A stretch of 64,000 bases of DNA, taken from NCBI GenBank assembly GCA_965222575.1, contig OZ244958.1, forward strand, positions 640,001 to 704,000, read 5' to 3'. Each line of letters begins with the position of its first letter. Position 1 is the first letter of the stretch. Below, one piece after another: positions 1 to 9,562 of this stretch. The stretch comes from Alphaproteobacteria bacterium. GTDB lineage: Bacteria > Pseudomonadota > Alphaproteobacteria > G965222575. The notes under the pieces are model-generated. The model saw nothing but the letters and a program-made list of their open reading frames with translations, did not search any database and was not told the origin of the DNA. The translations under genes were made by a program, and so were the position numbers.

Positions 1-286
1 GAGGTAATAAAAGACCATAGGCTATGACGATGACCAGTTCGGGTTTTAGGGAGGCAAAGGTTTGAAAAGCGTCTTGGGTTTTGAGACTTGGGGGGGTAAA
101 GAGAGGAAGGTTGTGTTCTTGGGCAAATCGGTGTACAGGAGTGGCAAGGTGGGCGTTTTTCCTTGTTTGGGGGGGGCGGCTATAGACTCCTTTGAGATGG
201 TAAAGAGGCGAAAGATGAAGGGCTTTCAGAGAGGGGATGGCAAAGGAGGCACTGCCCATGAAGAGAGTGCTGATAGCACTGGTCAT
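1..286 (-). CDS. fmt: Methionyl-tRNA formyltransferase, 5' part (runs off window start; not in ORF track)
   Basis: Manual translation from ATG 286: MTSAISTLFMGSASFAIPSLKAL...VYSRPP...TPVHRFA...PELVIVIAYGLLLP, matching Fmt motifs (FMGTPxFA, AYGxILP). ATGA overlap with the peptidase stop. Confidence 0.9.
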   Translation of the reverse strand, partial: MTSAISTLFMGSASFAIPSLKALHLSPLYHLKGVYSRPPQTRKNAHLATPVHRFAQEHNLPLFTPPSLKTQDAFQTFASLKPELVIVIAYGLLLP

Positions 287-1044
287 AGCAATCTCTCCCC
301 TAAAGTGATACAAAAGGCAGCAAAACTGATGCCGGGTGCGAAGGGGAAAGGCGTTGTGAAAGAGGTCTTGCGTTTTCGGGACAGAAATACCCCTATTAGA
401 GTGCTGGTGGAGGCTAGAAAAAACAACAGCGGTACCTGATAGGGGTGTATCCAAAGAGAGACGAAGGCTAAGAGATAAATATCTCCTTCTCCTATGCCTT
501 TTTGTCTTCTGAGGAGGGCGTATCCACTGGATAAGACAATGACAAAGATGAGGGCTAGACCTGTACTGGTGAAACATAAAGGCACTTGGGGAACTCCTAT
601 GGTGAGGGCGCTACTTAGGCTTATGCCTCCGAGTCCTATCAGATAGAGAGGAGAAATCATCCCGCACTGCCAATCTTCGACAGCAATGGCTAGTAGCAGA
701 GAGCCGAAAAGAGCGAAAACCACACTCTCTTTTCCTCCTATGAGAAAGAAAAGGGCTATGAAAATGCCCAAGCATCCTCCTTCAAATAGGAGGTAATATC
801 CTTGTGGATAGGGCTTTTGGCAGTGGCGGCATTGGCCGCGAAGAAGGAGTGTTGAGAGGAGGGGGACAAGCTCCCATAATCGGAGTGACTTTTGGCAAGT
901 GGGACAATGGGAAGGCTTGAAGAGAATCTTGTAAGGAGAGTTTTGAGCTATCTTCAGGCGGTAAGAGAGGCAGCCTAAGAAACTTCCTAAGGAGGCGAAA
1001 AACAGACTACCTAGAAGGGCTAATATTATGGAAGAGGAGAACAA
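283..1044 (-). CDS. pilD: Prepilin peptidase (A24, PilD/GspO)
   Basis: GSFLG..SYRL, PSHCPTC and GQCRHC Zn pairs, GxGD motif (GEGDIYL), PFAP, multiple TM segments. Confidence 0.9.
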   Translation of the reverse strand: MFSSSIILALLGSLFFASLGSFLGCLSYRLKIAQNSPYKILFKPSHCPTCQKSLRLWELVPLLSTLLLRGQCRHCQKPYPQGYYLLFEGGCLGIFIALFFLIGGKESVVFALFGSLLLAIAVEDWQCGMISPLYLIGLGGISLSSALTIGVPQVPLCFTSTGLALIFVIVLSSGYALLRRQKGIGEGDIYLLAFVSLWIHPYQVPLLFFLASTSTLIGVFLSRKRKTSFTTPFPFAPGISFAAFCITLGERLL

Positions 1045-1079
1045 TTTGTTTTGGGTGTGTGTGTGTGATGGTACTAGTT

Positions 1080-2264
1080 TTAGAAGAGGGCAACAATTTG
1101 TTTGGTTGTGTTATCGTAGATGGCTTTTAGGGTTGCGCTGTTTTTCTTGAGGGTGAGGCTTATATAGCGGTGGTTGTAGGGGTCTCCTTTGAGGTGTAGG
1201 AATTTTTTAATTGTGTTGGCGTGTAAGGTGCCGACGGAAAAGGCGAGGTGGTCGTAAGTCCTGTCTATTTTGAGGGCGTTCAGAGCGGTACGACAGACAT
1301 TGGGGGGGAGATTTGTTAGTGCTGATAGGAGAGAGGGAGAGAGGGTATTGGGTTGTAATTTGTTGAGATTATAGGGGCTGAAGTGGGTTTGTAGGAAGGC
1401 CACTAGGTCTATGGAGCTATTTTTGAGAAAGAGAGCCTGTCCTATTGAGGAGAAAGCGGTGTTGTGGCTTTGGTGGTGGAGTTGTTGTTGGTGGAGGTAG
1501 GTTCCTTCTGTGTTGAGTCCTCGGGGGAAGATATCTGGGTCTTTCCAATCGGCGAGTGTTGCGGCGAGGGCGGGGGCTTTTTGAGGAGAGAGACCGAGAT
1601 GGAGGAAGAGGCGTTTGAGTGTTGCTTCCTCTAGGAGATTGGGGTTGAGTTTTCCTTTACCTGCGTATTGTACGGTGACGGAGATGGTAGATTTGTCGTT
1701 TAAGGAGAGTTGATAGGGGATTGGGGAGGGGTTATATTGTTTGACGAACAAGGAAGAAGCGAAGAGGTTCAGAGTGAGTTTTTCTGTTTTCAGCAAGGAG
1801 GGGTCTATTTGGAAGGGTTGGTCTGTGGGGAGCAAGTCGTCAAGGTCTATAATATTTTTGAGTAGTTCTTTGAGGCTGTTGAAGAGACGGTTTTTTTCCG
1901 TTTGATATTTTTCGAGCTTGATGACCATTTCTTTGTGATAGGAGGTGACCCAATCTTTATGGACTACTAGGGCGGCGTTTTGTGCTATAGCAATCAGGTA
2001 GGCTAGTCCGTCGTAGAGTTCTCTTTTATGGAGGGGGTAGCTTCCTAGCTCTTGGACGACTTTTTTGTTATCGAGAGAGTGCAGCAGTTGTGCTAGGAAG
2101 ACGGAAGCCCCTATGGTGATCCAAAGGACGAAGATAAGGATAAAACCCCGACCTCTAGGAAGAGGTCTTCTTGTTTGCCTGCGCGCACCATTTGGAGGCG
2201 TAGTACTACAGGTCGCGGTTGGGTGTGTTGAGCGGTTGGGTGTGATGTCCACTGAGATGTCCAT
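1080..2264 (-). CDS. gspK: Type II secretion minor pseudopilin GspK-like
   Basis: RG|FILIFVLWI prepilin-type leader lacking Glu5, KLNPN and LADWKDPD motifs, position after gspJ. Start uncertain (154-nt overlap with gspJ). Confidence 0.75.
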   Translation of the reverse strand: MDISVDITPNRSTHPTATCSTTPPNGARRQTRRPLPRGRGFILIFVLWITIGASVFLAQLLHSLDNKKVVQELGSYPLHKRELYDGLAYLIAIAQNAALVVHKDWVTSYHKEMVIKLEKYQTEKNRLFNSLKELLKNIIDLDDLLPTDQPFQIDPSLLKTEKLTLNLFASSLFVKQYNPSPIPYQLSLNDKSTISVTVQYAGKGKLNPNLLEEATLKRLFLHLGLSPQKAPALAATLADWKDPDIFPRGLNTEGTYLHQQQLHHQSHNTAFSSIGQALFLKNSSIDLVAFLQTHFSPYNLNKLQPNTLSPSLLSALTNLPPNVCRTALNALKIDRTYDHLAFSVGTLHANTIKKFLHLKGDPYNHRYISLTLKKNSATLKAIYDNTTKQIVALF

Positions 2265-2791
2265 TGGTGATTGTTGTAATAGGAAAAGGCTACCTTATCT
2301 ACTTGGTTGAATACAACCCCTTGCCATTGTCCTGGGGAAGAAAGAGGCATAGTGTCTAGGGTTTCCATCATAGCGAGGGCTTTTTGGTGTTGGTTTAGGA
2401 GGGCGTGGGGGAGGGGGTCGAGGGAATTTTGAGGGGCAAGCCAAGGCGGGGGGAGAGTCGTTTCTGTGTAGACGAGAGCCTTTTTTTGAGGGGTAAAAGT
2501 GTAAGAGACAAGAACGGGGATGGGGGTTTCGCCGTATTGAGCGCTGATGGGAGAGATGAAAGTAATCTGGTGAGGGGTTCCTTCCCAAAAAGACCCTAAG
2601 GGAGAGGAAGAAGGCACATAGAGTTGATGCCGAAAAAAGGACAAAGCCGTCATGAGTGGTCTGTGTTCTTGGGTATACTGTCCGCTTCTTAACACAAAGC
2701 TGTAAAGCTGTATCCCTACGAGTATCACCAAAGACGCCAAGAGAAAGGCGATGAGAATTTCCATGAGGGTAAACCCTTGAGACTGTTTCAT
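2111..2791 (-). CDS. gspJ: Type II secretion pseudopilin GspJ-like
   Basis: QG|FTLMEILIA N-methyl-Phe motif; C-terminal FSYY..W..QW...P..LRL typical of GspJ. Confidence 0.7.
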   Translation of the reverse strand: MKQSQGFTLMEILIAFLLASLVILVGIQLYSFVLRSGQYTQEHRPLMTALSFFRHQLYVPSSSPLGSFWEGTPHQITFISPISAQYGETPIPVLVSYTFTPQKKALVYTETTLPPPWLAPQNSLDPLPHALLNQHQKALAMMETLDTMPLSSPGQWQGVVFNQVDKVAFSYYNNHQWTSQWTSHPTAQHTQPRPVVLRLQMVRAGKQEDLFLEVGVLSLSSSFGSP

Positions 2792-3053
2792 ACTGACTAT
2801 TTTATCGGTATTATGGGGGCTTCTTCAAGCCCTCTTCATGAAGGCTTGCTTTGTTTTACGGCTAATTGTCATGAGGATATTGAAGACTCTATTTTTTTTG
2901 AGGACAAGGGCGGCGTCTTTAAGGTTTTTTAGTTATTGTCCTGTTGAGTGAGTTGTGTTATGATGTGCTGAGGGTTTTATTGAACTTGTAAAAGGACGTG
3001 TTAGGGGAATGAGGGAAGGAGACCATAGAGAGAAGAGAGCGAAAGGGAATAAA

Positions 3054-3872
3054 ATGATGAAGTACTGTATCGGTCTTATGTTAGGAGTTTTTCTTTTCTT
3101 TGGTACGAGTTTTGAGGTACAGGGAGGCGGGTTTTTGTATATTGGCACCAGTTTTAGTGATGTGAAGCTTAAGCGGAATTTAAGTGTAAAAGAGGTGGCA
3201 GACCCTGTGTCAAGCTCTATTTATTTTGAGGGCGTTGATAAATTTGAGGAGAAAAGAGTACTAGGGTTCTTTACAGGTGGGCACTATTATGTGATGTCCA
3301 ATAAGATATTCAGTGCTGGGGCTTATGGAGAGTATAAGAAATTGGGGAAAGTTGCTCGTTGGCTTGATTTGGAGAATGCCTCTAGTGCTGCTAATGGTGA
3401 GTTGTATAATGAAACAGGCTCTGAGAAAGCTTCTATGAGAATCAATCTTCAGGAAGGAGAGTTAACAACCTTAGGCGTAGGGGGTATTGTGGATGTAGGG
3501 GCTTGGGTTTTTGGAGGTGGGGCGGTTTCTTTTTATGGAAAATTTGGCTATCAGTACACGACCTTGCGCTTGAAAGAGCATAGCCTGAATTGGGAAGGGG
3601 CTATTACGTCTCGAACGGTAAAACCTGACACCGCTACACTCTTGACGACTGGGGTGCGTAACATTGCGGAATCTTCTGCTTCCATCCTTAGGATTGCTAT
3701 AGCGGGTGGCGTGACTCTTTATAGCAAAGGCGGAATGGTGGCTTTCTTAGAATATGGAGGTCTACAAATCCCTGTGCCAGCCAATAAGGAAGGTGATAAA
3801 TCTCTGGGAGAATTGAAAAAAATAGAAGGATGGATTACAATAATTTCCCTTGGCGTGGGGTATAAATTTTAG
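3054..3872 (+). CDS. Outer-membrane beta-barrel protein, paralogue 1
   Basis: Signal peptide (MMKYCIGLMLGVFLFF), amphipathic strands, C-terminal BAM signal LGVGYKF. ORF track starts at 3009. Confidence 0.75.
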   Translation: MMKYCIGLMLGVFLFFGTSFEVQGGGFLYIGTSFSDVKLKRNLSVKEVADPVSSSIYFEGVDKFEEKRVLGFFTGGHYYVMSNKIFSAGAYGEYKKLGKVARWLDLENASSAANGELYNETGSEKASMRINLQEGELTTLGVGGIVDVGAWVFGGGAVSFYGKFGYQYTTLRLKEHSLNWEGAITSRTVKPDTATLLTTGVRNIAESSASILRIAIAGGVTLYSKGGMVAFLEYGGLQIPVPANKEGDKSLGELKKIEGWITIISLGVGYKF

Positions 3873-3998
3873 AGAGTTCAGCAGTTTGAGGAATTATTAT
3901 TATTGACTTTCTTGGTGATGTGGGTTAAATATGCTAAAGCTTTGTAGGAAGTTAGTTCTCAAGGATTTTTAATTTTTCAGGGAGGTGTATCTCTTGTG

Positions 3999-4928
3999 AT
4001 GAAGTATTTTTATAGTCTTATTTTTTGTCTTTTTTTCCTAAACTCTCATGGGAGTGCGGAAGTGATGCCTGAAGATACATTGATTATTTCTTTGGGGACG
4101 GGCTGGTCGAAAATTGATGCCGAGAGAAGTTTTCGTATGCAGGTTCGTGAGTGGGATTACAATGAGAGGTATTCTTGGTATGCTTTGCGGGGTACTGAGA
4201 AATTGGTACTGAAAGACAAGAATAAGAGAGGCAGTATAGGCTATGACCTCTCTTTGGGGTATGAGATGAAGTTTGGGGATAACATGATGATAGGGACGCA
4301 GTTGTATTATGTCATTTTAGGGGGCTTTCAACATAATTTTTCTGCCACGGATATTACAGCTTTTGAATCTGCTCCTGCTTATTTCCGTTCTTTCTCTCTT
4401 TCAGAGGGTTCTGTGACGTTGAAAGAGGGCAAACTATCAGCCATAGGGTTAACGATTCCCATTGGATTTATTTTTGAAACTTATGGGGGTTTCTCTACTA
4501 TTTTGGCTATAAAGATTGGCTATCAACGTACAAAGACCATTCTTGAGTCGAATACTGAAGGCGGCAATAGTTTCGGTTTGTCTGATGATGCGAAATATGA
4601 AATTCCGGGGAAAAGTTTTTCCCTAGCCTTAAAGGAGGTGAAAGCCATTAAATACGCCTTTGTGATAGGGGGAATGGTATCCTTTGTCATGCCGTCAGGG
4701 ATTTTTTTGGGGCTAGAATACGATATCATGAAAGCCTCTCTACCAGCCTATAAAGCGGAAGATTTTGCGCTTTCTCTTGTGTTTGCTGATATGGATGTGA
4801 GAGGAGACAAGCGCGCAATGAATGACCCGCTGGCAATAGAGGGCAATACGTCTGTTAGTTCGGAGATGACAGAGGTAAAAAACTTGAATCTTCAGCGGTT
4901 GTCTGTACGAGTAGGCTATCGTTTTTAG
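3999..4928 (+). CDS. Outer-membrane beta-barrel protein, paralogue 2
   Basis: Signal peptide, GGAGG RBS, C-terminal VRVGYRF; shares LxEGxL, KxGYQ and LEY with the upstream OMP. Confidence 0.75.
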   Translation: MKYFYSLIFCLFFLNSHGSAEVMPEDTLIISLGTGWSKIDAERSFRMQVREWDYNERYSWYALRGTEKLVLKDKNKRGSIGYDLSLGYEMKFGDNMMIGTQLYYVILGGFQHNFSATDITAFESAPAYFRSFSLSEGSVTLKEGKLSAIGLTIPIGFIFETYGGFSTILAIKIGYQRTKTILESNTEGGNSFGLSDDAKYEIPGKSFSLALKEVKAIKYAFVIGGMVSFVMPSGIFLGLEYDIMKASLPAYKAEDFALSLVFADMDVRGDKRAMNDPLAIEGNTSVSSEMTEVKNLNLQRLSVRVGYRF

Positions 4929-4938
4929 AGCAAGCGGG

Positions 4939-5589
4939 ATGGGTGCCCCGGTTGTAATCACCATAGATGGAAGGGGGGCTACAGGGAAAAGCACTCTGGC
5001 GAAAAATCTTGCTTCTAGGATGGGGGGAGTTGTGATACATACGGGTGTTTTGTATCGCTATATAGCAATGTGTGTGCTAGAGGCCGGGGGGGCGGTCACA
5101 CAAGAGAGTGTATTGGCTTGTGCGCTACTAGAGTTGAAGCAGTCAGTACAGAAAGTAGAATCCCTTGTGTTGGGGCAGTTGTCACTTTCGAAAATGGAGA
5201 CTGAAGCGGTAGCGGAAGTGGCGTCACAGATAGCTGTTTTTCCATTGGTGCGCACTTTACTTACGCGTTATCAACGAGAGTTGATAACGCGCTATTGTCA
5301 AAAGAAGAAGCCTGTGATTTTAGAGGGTCGTGATGCAGGGAGTGTTGTTTGTCCGGAAGCGGGGGTGAAATTCTTTTTGGAAGCCCCTCTAGCAGTAAGA
5401 GTGAAGAGGCGGGATGTTACTATGGAGCAGCAGTTGAGGCGGGATTCTCGGGATGAAAAGCGCACCATAGCCCCTCTTGTCTGTCCTAAAGACGCTTATA
5501 TACTTGATACAACGGGCAATAAGGAGTCCATGACAAAAGCGGCTATGGCGTATATTGCTTCTGTATTTCCCCATGAGACTCTCTGGTAA
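4939..5589 (+). CDS. cmk: Cytidylate kinase
   Basis: ITIDG..ATGKST P-loop, TGxLYR, EGRDAG, RDxRD; upstream of rpsA. Confidence 0.92.
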   Translation: MGAPVVITIDGRGATGKSTLAKNLASRMGGVVIHTGVLYRYIAMCVLEAGGAVTQESVLACALLELKQSVQKVESLVLGQLSLSKMETEAVAEVASQIAVFPLVRTLLTRYQRELITRYCQKKKPVILEGRDAGSVVCPEAGVKFFLEAPLAVRVKRRDVTMEQQLRRDSRDEKRTIAPLVCPKDAYILDTTGNKESMTKAAMAYIASVFPHETLW

Positions 5590-5671
5590 GAAGTGAAAAA
5601 ACTCTTTTCATCCTTTTTGTTTTCCCTGTATACTAGATGCTTTGAAGAAGAATGCATAGGGGTAATAAGTC

Positions 5672-7645
5672 TTGGTAGAGGACACTAATAATATTGTGAT
5701 ACCCCATGAAGCTGATGAAGAGGCGCGCAAGGAATTTGTGTCTCTTTTAGGGGAGGGGAGCGTAGAGAGTCTCAAGGGGTCGGTTGTGCAGGGGGTAGTG
5801 GTGATGGTGGAAGGGAATCAAGTATCGGTGGATATTGGTCTTAAGATGGAAGGATTGATTCCTTTAGAGGAGTTTACCTCTGCGGGGGAGGAGGTATCGC
5901 GAGGAACCCTTGTGGAAGTTTTTGTGGAGCATATGGAAACGCGTCGTGCGTTGTGCGTATTGAGTCGCCAACGTGTTCGTAATAGGAAAGTTTGGGCGGA
6001 GATGGAGGAGCTTTTTGAGGCTGGGAAAGCGGTTGAGGGGAGTGTAGAGTCTTGGGTTAAGGGGGGATTTACTGTTAAGGTGAGAGGGATTTTGGGATTT
6101 CTTCCTGGGAGTCAGTCTGATCTTTTGCCTGGGGCGGATTCGGAGAGTCTTGTGGGGACGACTCATTTGTTTAGGATTTTGAAGATGGATAGGGCTTGGG
6201 GGAATATTATTGTTTCTAGGCGTGCTGTTTCTGATGAGGGGATGGAAGAGGAGAAAGCGACTTTTCTATCGGAGCTGAAAGAAGGACAAGTCTTGCAAGG
6301 CGTGGTGAAAAATATAACGAATTACGGGGTATTTGTAGACTTAGGGCGCCTGGACGGACTGGTACATATTACGGATATGTCTTATAAGCGGTTATCGCAC
6401 CCTTCAGAGCTTGTGGAAGTGGGGCAGAGTGTAGATGTACAAGTGCTTTATATTCAGTCGGATAAGAAGCGCATTGGGTTAGGGATAAAGCAGCTCAAGG
6501 AAGACCCTTGGGATTGTATAGAGGAGAAGTATAAAGTAGGAGAGAAGTATACAGGGCGCGTGACCAACATTATAGATTATGGGGCTTTTGTGGAGTTAGA
6601 GCCCGGTATTGAGGGGTTAATTTATGTTACGGAAATGAGCTGGGGGCGGCGGGCTGAGCCTTCTAAAATTGTCTCAACATCGGAAGAGGTAGAGGTAGTG
6701 CTTTTAGGCATTGACAAAGAGAAGCGGCGTATTAGCATGAGTTTGCGCCAAGCTGTTAACAATCCTTGGATGAAGTTTCAGGAGGAAAATCCTGTGGGGA
6801 CAAAAATTAGGGGGCAAGTGCAGTCTATTAGTGATTTTGGTTTGTTTATTGCTTTGGAGGGGGAAGAGGATATGGTGGGCATGGTGCATATGTCGGATTT
6901 GAGTTGGGATAAGGACCCGGAGCAGGCGTTGAATGACTATAGGAAGTCGCAGGAGATCGAAGCTTGCATTTTGGAGGTAGATTTGGAAAGGATGCGGATT
7001 AATCTTGGGGTGAAGCAGCTGACGGAAGACCCCTTTCAGAAGGCTTTAGACCTTGAGTTGCACAAGCGTGTGACGGGGGTTGTGGCAAGTGTCAACGATG
7101 CCGGCATTACCCTGACTTTGTCTAATGGGATGAGAGGATTTGTCCGCAGAGGGGATATTTCTTCCTACAGAGATAACCAGAGGACGAATCGATTTGCTGT
7201 GGGGGATAAAGTTGATGCGAAGATTACAAGCATTAATGAGAAAACCAGAAGGATTTTTCTCTCTATTAAGGCGGTGGAAATAGAAGATGAGAAAGAAGCG
7301 ATGAAAACTTATGGGTCTAAAGCGTCTGGTGCCTTGCTAGGGTCGATTCTAGGGGAAGCTTTGGGAGGAGAAGGGAAAAAAGAAGAGGAGGAGGAGGACT
7401 CTTCTGAGAAGCCTGCTGTGGATGATGCGCAGAAAAAGAAAGAGGGGACACCCTCTTCAGAGAAGCGAGCTGTGGATGATGCGCAGAAAAAGAAGGAGGG
7501 GACACCCTCTTCTGAGAAGCGAGCTGTGGATGATGCACAGAAAAAGAAGGAGGGGACACCCTCTTCTGAGAAGCCTGCTATAGATGATGAGAAAAAGAAG
7601 AAGAAAGGTACAGCTAAAGCTACAGAAGAAAAAGGGACGGGCTAG
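5672..7645 (+). CDS. rpsA: 30S ribosomal protein S1 with repetitive charged C-terminal tail
   Basis: Six S1 domains (FLPGSQ, YGVFVDLG, YGAFVELE, FGLFI). Confidence 0.97.
   Translation: MVEDTNNIVIPHEADEEARKEFVSLLGEGSVESLKGSVVQGVVVMVEGNQVSVDIGLKMEGLIPLEEFTSAGEEVSRGTLVEVFVEHMETRRALCVLSRQRVRNRKVWAEMEELFEAGKAVEGSVESWVKGGFTVKVRGILGFLPGSQSDLLPGADSESLVGTTHLFRILKMDRAWGNIIVSRRAVSDEGMEEEKATFLSELKEGQVLQGVVKNITNYGVFVDLGRLDGLVHITDMSYKRLSHPSELVEVGQSVDVQVLYIQSDKKRIGLGIKQLKEDPWDCIEEKYKVGEKYTGRVTNIIDYGAFVELEPGIEGLIYVTEMSWGRRAEPSKIVSTSEEVEVVLLGIDKEKRRISMSLRQAVNNPWMKFQEENPVGTKIRGQVQSISDFGLFIALEGEEDMVGMVHMSDLSWDKDPEQALNDYRKSQEIEACILEVDLERMRINLGVKQLTEDPFQKALDLELHKRVTGVVASVNDAGITLTLSNGMRGFVRRGDISSYRDNQRTNRFAVGDKVDAKITSINEKTRRIFLSIKAVEIEDEKEAMKTYGSKASGALLGSILGEALGGEGKKEEEEEDSSEKPAVDDAQKKKEGTPSSEKRAVDDAQKKKEGTPSSEKRAVDDAQKKKEGTPSSEKPAIDDEKKKKKGTAKATEEKGTG
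7399..7603 (+). repeat. In-frame 54-bp tandem repeat (about 3.8 copies, SSEK(P/R)AVDDAQKKKEGTP) in the rpsA tail
   Basis: Copies start at 7399, 7453, 7507 and 7561. Confidence 0.95.
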
Positions 7646-7714
7646 AGGGGAAGAGGAAGGGGGTCATTGGGTTAGGGATGAAGGGGGCATACTCTTGAAT
7701 GAGAAGGGAGAAAG

Positions 7715-7975
7715 ATGAAGAAAGGTGACAAGAATCCCTCTTTTGAGGAGGCATTGAAGGAGTTAGAGAAGATTGTTGAGAAGTTATCGGGTTCTTTAGC
7801 TTTAGAGGAGTCTGTTCAGTTATATGAGCGTGGGATGGTTTTGAAGGGTTTTTGTGATAAGGCGTTGAAGGCAGCGGAAGATAGGATAAATGCGATTAAA
7901 GTGGTGAGGCCGCGTGAGGAGGGAGTGGAGGAAGTGTTAGTGGATGCTTCTGAAGGGGATGATGTCATCTTTTAA
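7715..7975 (+). CDS. xseB: Exodeoxyribonuclease VII small subunit
   Basis: SFEEALKELEKIVEKL...LEESVQLYERG...C. Confidence 0.93.
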   Translation: MKKGDKNPSFEEALKELEKIVEKLSGSLALEESVQLYERGMVLKGFCDKALKAAEDRINAIKVVRPREEGVEEVLVDASEGDDVIF

Positions 7976-8822
7976 GGCAGCATTTCGGGCGTTTCTTCCG
8001 TCTTTTGAGCGTTATTTGGAGGAAGTGGTTGAGTCGTATCGTTTGCGAGCGCCGTCTTCATCTTTGTATGGGGCGCTACGGTATGGAATTTGTTCTAGGG
8101 GGAAGAGGTTTCGTCCTTTTTTGGTATGGATTTGCGGAAATTTTTGGCAAGTAGAGTCTCGACAGGTTCAACATTTGGGGGTTGTGATAGAGATGCTACA
8201 TGCTTGGTCATTGATGTGTGATGATTTGCCGTGTATGGATGATGAGAGTGAGAGGCGGGGTTTGCCTACGACTCATGTAGTGTATGGGGAGGCTCTGACG
8301 GTTTTAGGGGCGCATTGTGTATTGATAGGAGCGTTAGAGCAAGTGGTACGGGGGCCATTTTCTGAGGGGGTTAAGGGGTTAATTTTAGAGGAGATTCTCG
8401 AGGCGACGGGATTGAGGGGTTTGTGTGGGGGGCAGGCGTTGGATGAAGAGTGGCGTCATGGAGGTGGGAGTAAAGAGGAGTTACAGTTAGTTCGGCGGTT
8501 AAAGACTGGCAAACTTTTTGAAGTGTGTTGTGTTTGTGCGGGGGGATTAGCGGCGTTGCATGGGAAAGATTTAGAGATTTTGAGAACTTTCAGTATGCTA
8601 TTGGGGGATTTGTTTCAAGTTACTGATGATTTATTGGAGAGGGGGGATAGGAAGGCGGGCAGGAGGGAGTCTACGCTTTTAGAGGTTATGTCTTTAGGGG
8701 AAGCACAAGCGGAAGCGCAGCGTCTTTATGAGGAGGCCTGTGCGTGTCTTAGGTCTCTTTCTGTACCGAGGCCTTCTCTTTTGGAGGAGGCGGCTAGTTT
8801 TGTATTAAAGAGAAGGCAGTGA
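7959..8822 (+). CDS. ispA: Farnesyl diphosphate synthase / polyprenyl synthase
   Basis: GKRFRP, DDLPCMD..RRG, GGQ, KTG, FQVTDDL; follows xseB. Confidence 0.9.
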   Translation: MMSSFKAAFRAFLPSFERYLEEVVESYRLRAPSSSLYGALRYGICSRGKRFRPFLVWICGNFWQVESRQVQHLGVVIEMLHAWSLMCDDLPCMDDESERRGLPTTHVVYGEALTVLGAHCVLIGALEQVVRGPFSEGVKGLILEEILEATGLRGLCGGQALDEEWRHGGGSKEELQLVRRLKTGKLFEVCCVCAGGLAALHGKDLEILRTFSMLLGDLFQVTDDLLERGDRKAGRRESTLLEVMSLGEAQAEAQRLYEEACACLRSLSVPRPSLLEEAASFVLKRRQ

Positions 8823-9562
8823 GGGTGGTACGGTTATTTGTTCAGCAGGATTTAGGGGCGGGGGTAGAAGTTGTGTTATCCTGTGGTCAAGGGCACTATG
8901 TTCGGACGGTCATGAGGGTGAGAGAAGGGGAGCAGGTGGAGATTTTTAATGGGAGAGATGGTCAGTGGGGGGGTCGGGTTGCTTATAGGGGAGGAGGGAC
9001 TATTTTGTTGTGTCAAAGATTGTTGCGGGTTCAGCCTTGTTGTGTTGTGCCTTCTGTGGGGGTAGTGTTTGCTCTTGTGCGGTCTGTGAAGATGGGATTC
9101 CTAGTACAAAAAGGGACGGAGTTAGGGGTTGGGGTTTTCCAGCCGATTTTAACGCAGCGCTGTACAGTGCGCAGTCTAAGAAAGGAGCGTCTCAAAAGCC
9201 AAGCCAAAGAAGCGGCAGAACAGTGTGGAAGGTTGACTGTACCAGAGGTGTGTTCTTTGTTATCTCTTGAGGAATTTTCCCTTTCTCTTTGTGCGTCTTC
9301 GCGTCTTTTCTTTTGTGATGAGATGGGAGGGGAAGATTTTGTGGACGTTCTTAGGGCTTCTGATATGAAGCGGATAAGGAACGTATGGGTTTTAGTTGGA
9401 CCGGAAGGAGGGTTTTCTCCGGCGGAGCGTGCCTCTCTTTGTAAGCGAAAATTTGTGACACCTGTGTCTTTAGGTACAAGGCTGTTAAGGTCTGATACTG
9501 CGGCCTTAGCGGCTTTGGTCATTTATCAATTTTTTTCCCTAAACGCCTCTTCCTCATGTTAA
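8819..9562 (+). CDS. rsmE: 16S rRNA m3U1498 methyltransferase
   Basis: QKGTELGV, EAAEQCGR, VGPEGGFS, LGTRLLRSDTA. Confidence 0.95.
   Translation: MRVVRLFVQQDLGAGVEVVLSCGQGHYVRTVMRVREGEQVEIFNGRDGQWGGRVAYRGGGTILLCQRLLRVQPCCVVPSVGVVFALVRSVKMGFLVQKGTELGVGVFQPILTQRCTVRSLRKERLKSQAKEAAEQCGRLTVPEVCSLLSLEEFSLSLCASSRLFFCDEMGGEDFVDVLRASDMKRIRNVWVLVGPEGGFSPAERASLCKRKFVTPVSLGTRLLRSDTAALAALVIYQFFSLNASSSC

Noticed and set aside
62-439. 125-aa + strand ORF
   Set aside because: Antisense shadow of fmt and pilD.
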